Assembly: GCA_963718915.1 (NCBI GenBank)
Contig: CAVRAI010000004.1
Location: forward strand, 1-32,000
DNA: 32,000 bases
Origin: an uncultured Chloroflexia bacterium
Lineage (GTDB): Bacteria > Chloroflexota > Ktedonobacteria > Ktedonobacterales > JADMIN01
Direction: 5' to 3'
Shown here: piece after piece, positions 16,431-25,747 of the stretch
Position numbering within the stretch: position 1 is the first letter of the stretch
Layout of the letters: every line of letters begins with the position of its first letter
The notes under the pieces: generated by a model
Database searches by the model: none
Seen by the model: only the letters and a program-made list of their open reading frames with translations
Told to the model about the DNA's origin: nothing
Made by a program: the position numbers and the translations under genes

Positions 16431-16579
16431 GTTGACAGTAGACCACATGGCAACATGGTTAGCTAGGCGAGAGGGCCATTCATCCCCACTTGAAAGACGG
16501 GGGGCTTTCTGGCCCGTTTCTGTAATACCAATGCCTACACCTTGAGTGCCACCGGCTCGCGTATCCCGCAATACTATCT

Positions 16580-17781
16580 TCACGGTCGTGGGCGTTTGGC
16601 GCGTTGGGCGGCGGCAACCTGTTCATCGGGCGGCACGAATGTCGCCTGGAAGCGCGCGCGATAGTCCGGGAAAGTCCCTTCGAGCAGCGCCTGGCGCGCA
16701 CCCTCCATCAGACGGATCAGGAAACGCAGGTTGTGGATGCTGGCGAGGCGGTAGTAGAGCAGCTCGCCACGGCTGTCGTCATCTTCGGCGCGGATGAGGT
16801 GGTGCAGGTAGCCCGCGCTGAACGTCCGGCAGGTGTAGCAGTCGCAGGTGGGGTCAATCGGCCCGGTCTCCTCGCGGAAGCGCGCCCCCCGCAGATTGAC
16901 GCGCCCGGTTGGCGTGTAGAGTCCGCCAGTGCGTGCGGTGCGTGTGGGCAGCACGCAGTCGAACATGTCGATGCCGCGCGCGACGCCTTCGAGCAGGTCA
17001 TCCGGCGAGCCAACCCCCAGCAGATGGCGCGGCTTGCCATCGGGTAGCTCGGGAACGGCGGCTTCGAGCATGCGCCACATCAGCGCTTTCGGCTCCCCCA
17101 CAGAGAGGCCACCAATCGAGATGCCGTCGAAGGGCAGCGAGCCGATGAACCGGGCGCTCTCGGCGCGCAAGTCGGGATCCATGCCGCCCTGGGGGATGCC
17201 GAACAGCGCCTGATCGGGGCGTACTCTGGCGGCCAGTGCGCGCTCGGCCCAGCGGTGCGTGCGCTCAGTAGCGCGGCGTGTCTCATCGGGCGCCGCGCCA
17301 TACGGCGGGCATTCATCCAGTGGCAGGATGATATCGGCGCCCAGCAGCGCCTCGATCTCCATCACGCGCTCCGGCGTCAGCGTCACCTCCGCGCCGTCCA
17401 GATGCGAGCGGAAGCGCACGCCGTCGTCGCTCACCTCGCGCAGCTTGCCCAGGCTGAAGACCTGAAAGCCACCGCTATCGGTCAGAATCGGGTGTGGCCA
17501 GCGCATGAAGCCGTGCAGCCCGCCGAAGCGCGCTACCAGTTCTGGCCCAGGGCGGAGCAGCAGGTGATAGGTATTGGAGAGGATGATGCTCGCGCCGATG
17601 GCCTCCAGATCGTCCGGCCCAACCGCCTTGACGGTGGCGTGCGTGCCGACCGGCATGAAAACCGGCGTGGGGATGTCGCCGTGCGGCGTATGGACGATGC
17701 CCGCGCGGGCGGCGGTCTTGGCGCAGCGCGCGGTAATCTCGAAGGAGAGCGCGGCGGATTCGAGTTGGAGGTCGGATGCAT
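16580..17781 (-). CDS. tgt: Queuine tRNA-ribosyltransferase; likely 1-nt indel just after the ATG (about 17778)
   Basis: FMPVGTHATVKAV, ILSNTYHL, TDSGGFQVFSLG, LDEC, GGLSVGEP and the zinc site CDCYTC..H are all present. The in-frame upstream segment SFEITARCAKTAARAGIVHTPHGDIPTPVF has no start codon. An ATG at 17781 lies in an adjacent frame. Confidence 0.95.
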
Positions 17782-17887
17782 AAACGCGTTTATCCTGACA
17801 TGAACATGATGGGCGAAAGCTGGGTCAGACCAATTCGGGCAACGTTGTTGTCGTGGGGAAGCGCACCGTGGCCTCACTTTAACTAAT

Positions 17888-17958
17888 GGAGCATGAATGC
17901 TACGGCGAATGGGCCTGGCCATTAGCCGTAGCCTTTTACGCTACGGCCTGCCCCGTAT
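17888..17958. repeat. Intergenic hairpin-module cluster (R4)
   Basis: GCATGAATGCTACGGCGAATGGG and CCGTAGCCTTTTACGCTACGGCCTGCC. Confidence 0.7.
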
Positions 17959-17985
17959 ACGACAATAACCAAAACAGATTTGGTA

Positions 17986-19170
17986 TCAGTCATGCGTATC
18001 TATCGTATCAGCAGACAACTGCTCAGGGTGGAATACGGTGATCGTCTCACCCTCGCTGGTACAATCAATGATCGCTTTGACGCATGGCTCGCCCGCGACG
18101 TTCCGCTGGTCGTCCGCCAGCAGATGCGCAAAAATACGCGGCGCTGCCCGGTATGGCACGATGTGCGAGATGACCCTGGCATAATACCCCGGATCCATCC
18201 GCAGGAGCGCCATGGACTCCTGGAGATAGCTCGCGGAGCCTCCACTATGGCCGGTGAGCCAGACCTTCTTTCCGTCTCGCGTCGTGTATTGGTTCACTTC
18301 GTGTCCGAGCCCGCAGACGTTGGCGCTCCTGATCCCGTTCAAGTCCACGCCCGGAAGCTCAGGAATCGCTGCGGGCGCATCTGATCCCGCCGTCAGGTCG
18401 ATAGCCCCTTCCGCGCGCACATAGCGCAGCGCCTGTTGGAGCACAGCGCGCGTGGCGGAACGCGGCGTGCACAGGTAGGCTGCGTCAACGCCGCGCCCGT
18501 CGGTTCGCTCCAGCAGCGCATCCGCCAGTTGGGGCGTGTTGAGCAGGGCGAATGAATCATCCACGATGCCGCGTTGCGCCGCCCAGTCCAGCCGCGCCTG
18601 CGATGTACCCACGAGGAATATGTGCGGGCATCCTTCGGCTCTGGCGAGGAGGGCATTGAGCAGCCCAATCGGCCCAGCGCCCACGATGGCCACGCTCTCA
18701 GGTCTACCCAGCTGCTGCATCAGGCGCTGCCCGTAGATGACCGTGGCGAATGGCTCGATGAGCGGGCCGCAGACCAGCGGGATTCCCGTCTCCAATGGGA
18801 CGACCATACCGCGTTCCACGGACGGCTGTGGAATGAGGAGATACTGCTGAAAGAGACCTTCGGTGCTCACTCCGAGCGTATCGTTGGGATTGGCGGGGTT
18901 ATTCGGAAAGAAGGTTACATACTGGCCGACGGTAAAATCGGTCACGCCGGGGCCAACCGCCACGACCTGCGCGACGCCCTCGTGGCCCAGGATGCGCGTG
19001 CCAATCGGTCGCGCCCCGCGCAGCATATCCAGGTCGGAGCCACAGATGCTGGCGCGTAAGGACGAGACCAGGATTTCCCCCGCCTGCGGGAGCTTCGTCG
19101 GCGCCCGCTCGACGAGCATCTGGCCGGACGCGGAAACGACTAGCGCCGCGTGAGTGGATCCCGGTTGCAT
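17986..19170 (-). CDS. Zinc-dependent medium-chain dehydrogenase/reductase (alcohol/polyol dehydrogenase-like)
   Basis: ICGSDLDMLRG, GHEGVAQVVAVGPGV and the Rossmann motif VAIVGAGPIGLLNALLA. GAGGAG lies 5 nt upstream of the ATG at 19170. Confidence 0.8.
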   Translation of the reverse strand: MQPGSTHAALVVSASGQMLVERAPTKLPQAGEILVSSLRASICGSDLDMLRGARPIGTRILGHEGVAQVVAVGPGVTDFTVGQYVTFFPNNPANPNDTLGVSTEGLFQQYLLIPQPSVERGMVVPLETGIPLVCGPLIEPFATVIYGQRLMQQLGRPESVAIVGAGPIGLLNALLARAEGCPHIFLVGTSQARLDWAAQRGIVDDSFALLNTPQLADALLERTDGRGVDAAYLCTPRSATRAVLQQALRYVRAEGAIDLTAGSDAPAAIPELPGVDLNGIRSANVCGLGHEVNQYTTRDGKKVWLTGHSGGSASYLQESMALLRMDPGYYARVISHIVPYRAAPRIFAHLLADDQRNVAGEPCVKAIIDCTSEGETITVFHPEQLSADTIDTHD

Positions 19171-19277
19171 CACGTCTCCTCATGTGTGTATGACTGACCA
19201 TCGTCAAGCCAGTCCAGCCGTAGAGCGGCCACACAGCATACTATCATACCGATAGTTGAGCGGTTCGTGTGCGACGG

Positions 19278-20177
19278 TTACTGGGCGTGCGCGGCGTGCT
19301 CGCGCAGATAGTCGAGCACCTTGCGGTCGATGCGCGCGTCGGCGGGATTATGCAGCAGTCGCTCCTCCAGATTCTCGCGGCTGCCGAACTGCTCCAGCGC
19401 GGCGTAGGTCTCGCTGCCCCAGGCGCCGGTATGCGCGCCCTCGTAGTCGCCGGTGATGGTGAGCAGCCGCTGGAGTTCCGTGGCAAGCGTGGGGTCTATC
19501 GAGAGCATGTCTTCGGGGAGCGGTTTGAGGAAGAGCAATTCGTAGATATCGAGCAGGTGGGCGAGATCGTTGATAGGGTTGGTCGAGTCGTCCACGCGCA
19601 GATCGATCATGCGGTCGTTGAAGCCACCGTAGCCGCCATTCTCGCGCACCACCAACAGCGCCGCCGCCTGTTGGCCACGGCTATCGCCACCCGCCCGTTG
19701 TCCCGCGGCCAGCCCGGCGAGCATCCGCCGCCAGAGCGAGCCTTTCTCGTGCTGAAAGGTCTCGGCCATCGCGGTAATGGTCGCTTCGCCTACCAGGATA
19801 TTGCCCTGCGCCGCGAAGTTCGGGCCAGCGATGCCGCCTGCCCACGGGTGACATTCATGACCGGTCCACGTGGCCGAATGGCCCTGAGCATCCACAATGC
19901 CCGCCTGACGATGCTCGGCCTGGCTATCTTCCTGGATCAGGGCGTCGAGCGCCTCTTTTGGCGATTTGCCAGCCGCTAGCAGATCCAGTCCGCGCGGACC
20001 GTAGCTGGTATTCGCCCAGGCTTGAGCCGCGACGGCTCCGACCCCTGCCCGCGCCCAGGGTACCACCGCGCCAACCGCCAGAAACTTTGAGGCGACGGCA
20101 ACCCCCAGGTCGCCAGTATGGGGATCGCAGGCTACCAGCGAGAACGTCGTGACCGGAAGATCGTTGCGCAGAGCCAT
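19278..20177 (-). CDS. DUF1028-like (Ntn-hydrolase fold) protein with a C-terminal peptidoglycan-binding-like repeat
   Basis: TFSLVACDPHTGDLGVAVASKFLAVGAVVPWARAGVGAVAAQAWANTSYGPRGLDLL, RQAGIVDAQGHSATWTG and AAQGNILVG fit my recollection of DUF1028. The tail LATELQRLLTITGDYEGAHTGAWGSETYAALEQF is PG-binding-like. GAGGGGAGG RBS. Confidence 0.7.
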   Translation of the reverse strand: MALRNDLPVTTFSLVACDPHTGDLGVAVASKFLAVGAVVPWARAGVGAVAAQAWANTSYGPRGLDLLAAGKSPKEALDALIQEDSQAEHRQAGIVDAQGHSATWTGHECHPWAGGIAGPNFAAQGNILVGEATITAMAETFQHEKGSLWRRMLAGLAAGQRAGGDSRGQQAAALLVVRENGGYGGFNDRMIDLRVDDSTNPINDLAHLLDIYELLFLKPLPEDMLSIDPTLATELQRLLTITGDYEGAHTGAWGSETYAALEQFGSRENLEERLLHNPADARIDRKVLDYLREHAAHAQ

Positions 20178-20234
20178 GTTGAAGCCTCCCCTCGCAATGC
20201 CACATTCGCCACCGTGGCAGACAGTCCTTTGCGA

Positions 20235-21047
20235 TCAGCACAGGTGTTCAACGTAACGCTCGGTGTAACGCATCGGTGCGCCATCGAGCGCGCCCAGGGT
20301 ATCTAGCGCAAGTGTCGTAGCCACCAGCGCGGCAGTCTCGGCGCGCAAGATGCGTGTTCCCAGCGTCACGAGCAGCGCGCCATGGCGCCTTGCCAGCGCC
20401 GCCTCACCCGCTGAGAAGCCGCCCGCTGGCCCAATAAACAGGTGTACCTCCGCGACGGATAGCAATCCCCCCGCCGCGGCAATCGCCTCCGCAAGCGTCG
20501 CTCGCAGCGGAGCCGTCTCAGCGTCTTCCCACGGAAACAACGCGATGCTCTTTGGTGGCAGCTGCGCCAGCGCGTGCATCAGCGGGCGTGGCGTACCCAG
20601 AATGGGCAGGCGGTCGCCTCCGCACTGCTCCACCGCCTCCGCCAGAATACGCTGCCAGCGCCGCTGTCGGGCCTCTCCCATCATCTCGGCCGCCGCCACC
20701 GCGCGCTCGGTGAGCAGAGGCTGGATGGCCGCGACGCCCAACTCGGTCGCCTTCTGCAAGACCCACTCGAACTGCGCCGGTTTGAGCATCCCCTGGCAGA
20801 GTACCACCCGGCAGGGAAACTCAGCCTGCTGTGTGAGCTTCGTACCCAGGCGGACCACGACGCGCCGCCGCTCCAGCGTCAACACCTCGGCGGGGTAGGC
20901 GCCTCCGCGCCCATCGAGTAGCTGAATGACGGCGCCCGGTGTCGCGCGCAGCACATCGCGCACCTGATGGGCGACATCTGGCGGCAGGTCAAGCTCGGCA
21001 TGCTCCGCGAGCGCCATATCCGGCAGCACAAAGCGCCCCGCTGGCAT
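20235..21047 (-). CDS. rsmE: 16S rRNA (uracil1498-N3)-methyltransferase
   Basis: MPAGRFVLP.., RVVLCQGMLKPAQFEWVLQKATELGVAAIQPLLTERAV, LFIGPAGGFSAGE and LGTRILRAETAAL (SPOUT knot). The start lies 10 nt downstream of the prmA stop. Confidence 0.85.
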   Translation of the reverse strand: MPAGRFVLPDMALAEHAELDLPPDVAHQVRDVLRATPGAVIQLLDGRGGAYPAEVLTLERRRVVVRLGTKLTQQAEFPCRVVLCQGMLKPAQFEWVLQKATELGVAAIQPLLTERAVAAAEMMGEARQRRWQRILAEAVEQCGGDRLPILGTPRPLMHALAQLPPKSIALFPWEDAETAPLRATLAEAIAAAGGLLSVAEVHLFIGPAGGFSAGEAALARRHGALLVTLGTRILRAETAALVATTLALDTLGALDGAPMRYTERYVEHLC

Positions 21048-21057
21048 CTCGTTACTC

Positions 21058-22047
21058 CTACTCCCCGCCTTCTCCCGCATCCGCCGGACGGGTACCGACC
21101 AACGTGACCCAGTCGCCTTCGACCATCTCGTGAATATCACGCAGGCCCGCCGCCCGTAGCGGCTCTTCAGCCTCAGTGCGGCGCTCGGCGATGATGCCGC
21201 TGGCGATCAACGTTCCACCGGGGCGAACCGCGCGCACCAGCGATGGCGCGAGCTGCGCGATCACGCGGGCAATGATGTTGGCGACTACTACATCGAAGAC
21301 GCCGATTTCCTCGCCAAGTGTGTCAAGACCCTCAGGCAATGGCATGAATGGCTCGCCGTCCGCGCCTTCCAGCGTGGCCATGCGCACCTCCATGACGTCA
21401 GAAACGCCGTTGATCGCCGCGTTTTCGCGCGCCGCCGCCACCGCGACCCCGCTGACATCCAGCGCCAGCACGCGCGTCGCGCCCAGCTTGATCGCGGCGG
21501 TCGCCAGAATGCCCGACCCCGTGCCGACATCCAGCACGGCGTTACCCGCTTGAATGCTCTCTTCGAGCGCGATCACACAGTTGCGCGTCGTGGGGTGAAG
21601 CCCCGTCCCGAAGGCCATGCCAGGATCAAGCTCGACGACGACCTCGTTCTCACGTGGCGAGTACTCGCGCCAGGACGGCTTGATGACCGTGCGGCGTCCC
21701 AGATGGAGGACATGGTAGTACTCCTTCCAGGCGTTCGCCCAGTCTTCCTCGGCAATGCGGCGCGTCTCTAATTCTCCGATGCTGCCGGAGAGCACCTGGC
21801 CCAGATGCCACACGCCTTCTTCGATGCGCCGCTTCGACTCAGCGCCATCGGCGTCGTCGGGCACGTACGCGCGGACAGTCACATGCGCGCCGGGGACCGG
21901 GACGTGCACCTGACCGTCGTCGAGCAACTGGTATGGCTGGTCAATGGCGACGCCACCGCTGACATAGCGGCTCATCAACTCACTGATCGCCTCGACGGCT
22001 TCCGGGGCTGCGCGCACACTCAATTCGAGCCAGAAGGCTGAAGACAT
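21058..22047 (-). CDS. prmA: Ribosomal protein L11 methyltransferase
   Basis: MSSAFWLELSV.., WANAWKEYYHVLHLGRRTVIKPSWREY, IELDPGMAFGTGLHPTT, VLDVGTGSGILA and DVVVANI. GAGGAA lies 7 nt upstream of the ATG at 22047 (the ORF is open to 22083). Confidence 0.9.
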   Translation of the reverse strand: MSSAFWLELSVRAAPEAVEAISELMSRYVSGGVAIDQPYQLLDDGQVHVPVPGAHVTVRAYVPDDADGAESKRRIEEGVWHLGQVLSGSIGELETRRIAEEDWANAWKEYYHVLHLGRRTVIKPSWREYSPRENEVVVELDPGMAFGTGLHPTTRNCVIALEESIQAGNAVLDVGTGSGILATAAIKLGATRVLALDVSGVAVAAARENAAINGVSDVMEVRMATLEGADGEPFMPLPEGLDTLGEEIGVFDVVVANIIARVIAQLAPSLVRAVRPGGTLIASGIIAERRTEAEEPLRAAGLRDIHEMVEGDWVTLVGTRPADAGEGGE

Positions 22048-22339
22048 GGCATAGTTCCTCATAGCGACAAACATCGGCATCAAATGACCTGGCAGCGACT
22101 CCGCGCGTGTCAGCGTTGAGACTAGCGCTCAGGCCGCTGCATTGTCGCCTACGCGGACATTCTTCGTCAACCAGTGGCGCACAAATTGCACGAGTGCGCT
22201 GGTTGGTTCGCTGCTGGCTGTGTTGCCTATAGCGAACGCATCGGGCTACAGTGTGTCAGGAAATCTCTGAGGAGCGCGGAGCGGCCCGGACGGGTTTGCG
22301 CATAGTGCGCATAGATGGCTGAGAGAGTGAGCGTCACAC

Positions 22340-24580
22340 ATGACAACATCACAGCATTCAGCGCGCGAGCAAGGCCTTGCGCAGTTGCGCACTGGCCAGA
22401 CTGCCCTGGCCGAGGGACGGCTGGAGCGCGCGGTCGATGCGCTGGTGGAGGCGGAGTCGATCTTTCGGCAGCTTGACGACCAGGAGCATCTTGCCGATAG
22501 CCGTATGGCGCTGGCCGAGGCGCAACGCCAGCACGGCGCCATCGATCAGTCGGCGAATAGCTACGCGCAGGCCATCGAACTCTACCGCGAGGCCAACCTC
22601 CCCGCGCGCGAGGCCAGCGCGTCCCTGGCGCTGGGGCATATCGACCGCCAGCGCGGGCGGCTAGAAAGCGCCTGGCAGCATTATTATCTGGCGCTGCGCC
22701 TCTTCGAGAAGACGGAGAATGCTAGCGGACAGGCCAGCGCATCGCTGGCGCTGGGGCATGTGGAACGGCTGCGCGGACGCGATGAGAAGGCGGCGGACTA
22801 CTACACCACGGCGCGGACCCTGGCGACGCAGGCCCATGATACGCTGATCGAAGCCGACGCGGCGCGCGGGCAGGGCGATATGCTCACCAGCCAGTCGCGC
22901 TATGTGGAGGCGCGCGAGGCGTTTCGGCGGGCGCGCGAATTGTATCGCCGGCTGAACGACCAGTTCGGCGAGGTAGATACATTTGTCGGAGAGGGGCGGC
23001 TGGCGCTGGAGACCGCCGATCTGGATGAGGCGGATAACGACTTTGGCGAGGCGATAGCGCTCTCGGAGCCGATAGAGTATCCGCTCGGCGTGGCCGACGG
23101 CATTCTCGGTCTGGGCGAGGTGGCGCTACATCGCAACCGGCTCGATCAGGCGCTAGCGAGCGGCCTGCGCGCCGAGGAAGACTATCGCGTCGCGGGCAGT
23201 TCGCTGGGGCAGGCGGAGGCCAATCGGCTGCTGGGCGAGGTAAATCTGTTGCGCGGCCAGCTCGCGCAGTCCATCGCCGTCTTCGACCGCGCGATCCGCG
23301 CCCTGCGTACCCTGAAGGCGCAGCTTCCCTATGCGCGCGCGACACTTAGCGTGGCAGAGGCGCACCGCCGCAAAGGGACACCGCGCAAGGCCGAAGACCT
23401 CTTTACTGAGGCGCGTGACCTTGCCCGCGAGACGGGCCATGTTGTCCTTGAGGCGCGCGCATCCCTGGGGCTGGGCCAGATCGCACGCCATCGTGGCCTC
23501 TCAGCCACCGCCGCGCCCCTGCTGATGGAATCGGCCCGCCGTCTGGAAGAGGCTCATCGCGCCACTCTGGCGTCCCTGGCGCTCGGTGAACGCGCGCAGC
23601 TGGCGTTGACACAGGGAAAGCTCGACGAGGCGCAGCAGGTGGCGGAGCAGGCGATTTCGCTCGCCCACCAGTCCGATGCGTCCGCGCGCGAGGTTGGCCC
23701 AGAGTCGGCGGCGTTGTGTGCCGCGTGCATGGTAGCGCTCGCACGCGGCCAACTGGCTGAGGCGCGCGCCTTCGCCGAGCAAGCCACCGCGCACGCCCAG
23801 CGCGAATCCGACGAGATCTGGCGGGCCGAGGCGGCGCTCGCAACTGGTGAGGTGGAGCTGGCCGCCGATAATTTGCAGGCGGCGGTCACGGCATTCAATC
23901 AGGCGCTGGCGCTGGCGAAGGAGCATGAGGCGCAGGTGACCGAGGGGCTGGCGCAGGTGGGGCTGGCGCGTGTGCTGCTACGGCGCGAGCTGTATGCCGA
24001 GGCCGCCAATGGCCATCAGGAGATGCTGTTCCGCTTCCGGGTGGCTGATGAACCCGAGGCGCAGGCGCTGGTTCACCTGGGGCTGGGCGAGGCGCGTCGC
24101 CAGCTTGGCGACACCGAGGCCGCGCGGCAAGCCTTCACCGAGGCGCTACGGCTCTATCAGGAATGCGACGATCCGCTGGGACAGTCCGATGCCTTGCGCG
24201 GGCTGGCGAATGCGCTGGTCGAGCAGGGTAATGCGGAGGCGCGCGAGCGGTTTGCGCAGGCGAATGCGCTGGTCGAGCGGGTGGGCGACGCCATGGCCGA
24301 TGAGTCCGGGCGCACGGGCTTCTTCGATACACGCGCGGCGCTCTATGCCGATGCCATCGCCGACGCCGCGCAGACGCACGATGCGGAGCGTGTTGGCGCG
24401 CTCGTCGAGGACTATCGCATGCGCGCGGGCAAGAGCGGGCGACTGGCGCTGGCGCAACGCCTCCAGGAGTTCGAGCACGTCATCCCCGTGCGAAGCGCCG
24501 ACCTGACGCCAGAGGAGGCGGCGCACAACAAGACGGTGGCGCGCATCCTGGCCGACGCGCGCCGGTCGCTCAAACGCTGA
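22340..24580 (+). CDS. Tetratricopeptide-like repeat protein (746 aa, all-repeat)
   Basis: About 17 tandem units of about 40 aa, each with an (A/S)xxxLxLG(x)(I/V)xxxxGxxxxAxxxYxxAxxLxxxxxD pattern. Examples: ASASLALGHIDRQRGRLESAWQHYYLALRLF, ASLALGHVERLRGRDEKAADYYTTARTLA, ALVHLGLGEARRQLGDTEAARQAFTEALRLY. No other domain is visible. Confidence 0.8.
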   Translation: MTTSQHSAREQGLAQLRTGQTALAEGRLERAVDALVEAESIFRQLDDQEHLADSRMALAEAQRQHGAIDQSANSYAQAIELYREANLPAREASASLALGHIDRQRGRLESAWQHYYLALRLFEKTENASGQASASLALGHVERLRGRDEKAADYYTTARTLATQAHDTLIEADAARGQGDMLTSQSRYVEAREAFRRARELYRRLNDQFGEVDTFVGEGRLALETADLDEADNDFGEAIALSEPIEYPLGVADGILGLGEVALHRNRLDQALASGLRAEEDYRVAGSSLGQAEANRLLGEVNLLRGQLAQSIAVFDRAIRALRTLKAQLPYARATLSVAEAHRRKGTPRKAEDLFTEARDLARETGHVVLEARASLGLGQIARHRGLSATAAPLLMESARRLEEAHRATLASLALGERAQLALTQGKLDEAQQVAEQAISLAHQSDASAREVGPESAALCAACMVALARGQLAEARAFAEQATAHAQRESDEIWRAEAALATGEVELAADNLQAAVTAFNQALALAKEHEAQVTEGLAQVGLARVLLRRELYAEAANGHQEMLFRFRVADEPEAQALVHLGLGEARRQLGDTEAARQAFTEALRLYQECDDPLGQSDALRGLANALVEQGNAEARERFAQANALVERVGDAMADESGRTGFFDTRAALYADAIADAAQTHDAERVGALVEDYRMRAGKSGRLALAQRLQEFEHVIPVRSADLTPEEAAHNKTVARILADARRSLKR

Positions 24581-24584
24581 TTTG

Positions 24585-24875
24585 GCGAGCGCTGGCAGCG
24601 GTGATCCATAGCCATGAATGCAGCCGCGCTGGCGGTTAAAACCGCGCCTGAAGGGTCTGCGGCCACGAAACCCGCCCTTCGGGCCGCTGCCGCTCCGCGC
24701 GGCTGCCCTGCGCGGGTTTCATAGAGTCGTCCGCCTACTGTGCGCACGGTGGGCTAGCTGTCTGGAGCCTGCGCAGGCAGGCTTTGTGGCGGAGCGTTAG
24801 CGAGGCCCTTCAGGCGCGGTTTTAACCGCCAGCCACCGTGGCGTGCCCCTTGTAAATTCTAAAACTGCATTAAAG
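24585..24875. repeat. Intergenic hairpin-module cluster (R5) with a 29-bp long-range inverted repeat
   Basis: CTGGCGGTTAAAACCGCGCCTGAAGGGTC (24629-24657) versus its reverse complement at 24804-24832 (1 mismatch). Also GGAGCCTGCGCAGGCAGGCTTTGTGGCGGAGCGTTAGCGAGGCCC (24764-24808, related to 836-879) and the terminal GCAGTTTTAGAAT (reverse complement of 24856-24868). Confidence 0.8.
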
Positions 24876-24905
24876 CCGGGACTGCTCCACTAGCAACTGG
24901 GGCGG

Positions 24906-25172
24906 TCAGTCGTGGCAGCCGCAGCCGCTCCCGCCACAGGCGCAACTCCCGCCAACATCGCTCTCTGACTCGCCGTAGTCATCATCACCATAGTCGCCGA
25001 AGGCATCACCCGCGGCGACGGCGCGAGGCCGCGCAAACACCGAGAGCAGCTTGCGCACGCGCCCACCATGGCAGCGCGCGCAGACGATGTCGTCCGCCTC
25101 GGACGCATCGTAACTGACCAGCAATTCAAATTTGCTCTGACAATCTGAGCAGTAATATTCGTATAGCGGCAC
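24906..25172 (-). CDS. FmdB-family zinc-ribbon protein (CxxC_CxxC_SSSS type)
   Basis: A GTG start gives (M)PLYEYYCSDCQSKFELLVSYDASEADDIVCARCHG.RVRKLLS with a Gly/Cys-rich tail GGSCACGGSGCGCHD. GAGGGGAG RBS upstream. Confidence 0.75.
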   Translation of the reverse strand: MPLYEYYCSDCQSKFELLVSYDASEADDIVCARCHGGRVRKLLSVFARPRAVAAGDAFGDYGDDDYGESESDVGGSCACGGSGCGCHD

Positions 25173-25465
25173 CCTGATCTCCCCTCGTGTATGGCACAAA
25201 CCTGTCCTCAGATTATGAAACATCCATCGCGATAAGACAATGAGTGACTCCGGGCGTCTCTATCCGTTGACACCAGTAAACCAGGCTGCGTGGATGACCG
25301 TCTTTCCTAGCCGCTCGTGTGCTTGCCCTGATACTGGCACTCTTACAAGCGGCTGGCCCACGCATGCGGTATGCCCACGATAACATAGATACCAGGCAGC
25401 AGACACCAGGCAATAGACGACAAAGGAGTAATCGCCCCGGATAGGGTACTGTGGAGGGAACATGC

Positions 25466-25747
25466 ATGACATATAGTCACGAAGTTCAGGGGCTATTCCA
25501 GTTACTACTGGCAGACACATGGCTGAAAAAGAGCGAAGTGGCGCAGCGGCGTCTGGCGCATCTGTCATTCATACGTGACGCGCTAGAACAGGAGGTCGCT
25601 CTGGCGATCCAGCGTGGCGCCAGGCACGACGCTCGCATCTTTGCCGCGCATATCTCCCTCCTCGATGATATCCAGCGCATTGGGCTGGCAGCCGTCCAGG
25701 CGGAGATTGTACGCACAACATGCTGCCGCGACTATCCTGGTAGCTGA
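25466..25747 (+). CDS. Hypothetical small helical protein (93 aa)
   Basis: ATG preceded by GGAGGGA at 5-nt spacing. I recognise no motifs. The 3' end overlaps the convergent methyltransferase gene by 16 nt. It could be a spurious ORF. Confidence 0.3.
   Translation: MTYSHEVQGLFQLLLADTWLKKSEVAQRRLAHLSFIRDALEQEVALAIQRGARHDARIFAAHISLLDDIQRIGLAAVQAEIVRTTCCRDYPGS

Larger units (their letters stand above)
14734..16579 (-). mobile_element. IS200/IS605-family insertion sequence (tnpA + tnpB); ends approximate
   Basis: A Y1 transposase gene and a TnpB gene lie in tandem. Hairpin-rich flanks share CATTGG and GCCAGAA motifs (left end 16431-16579, right end 14734-14839). The element sits between tgt and the DUF3179-like gene. 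Confidence 0.8.
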
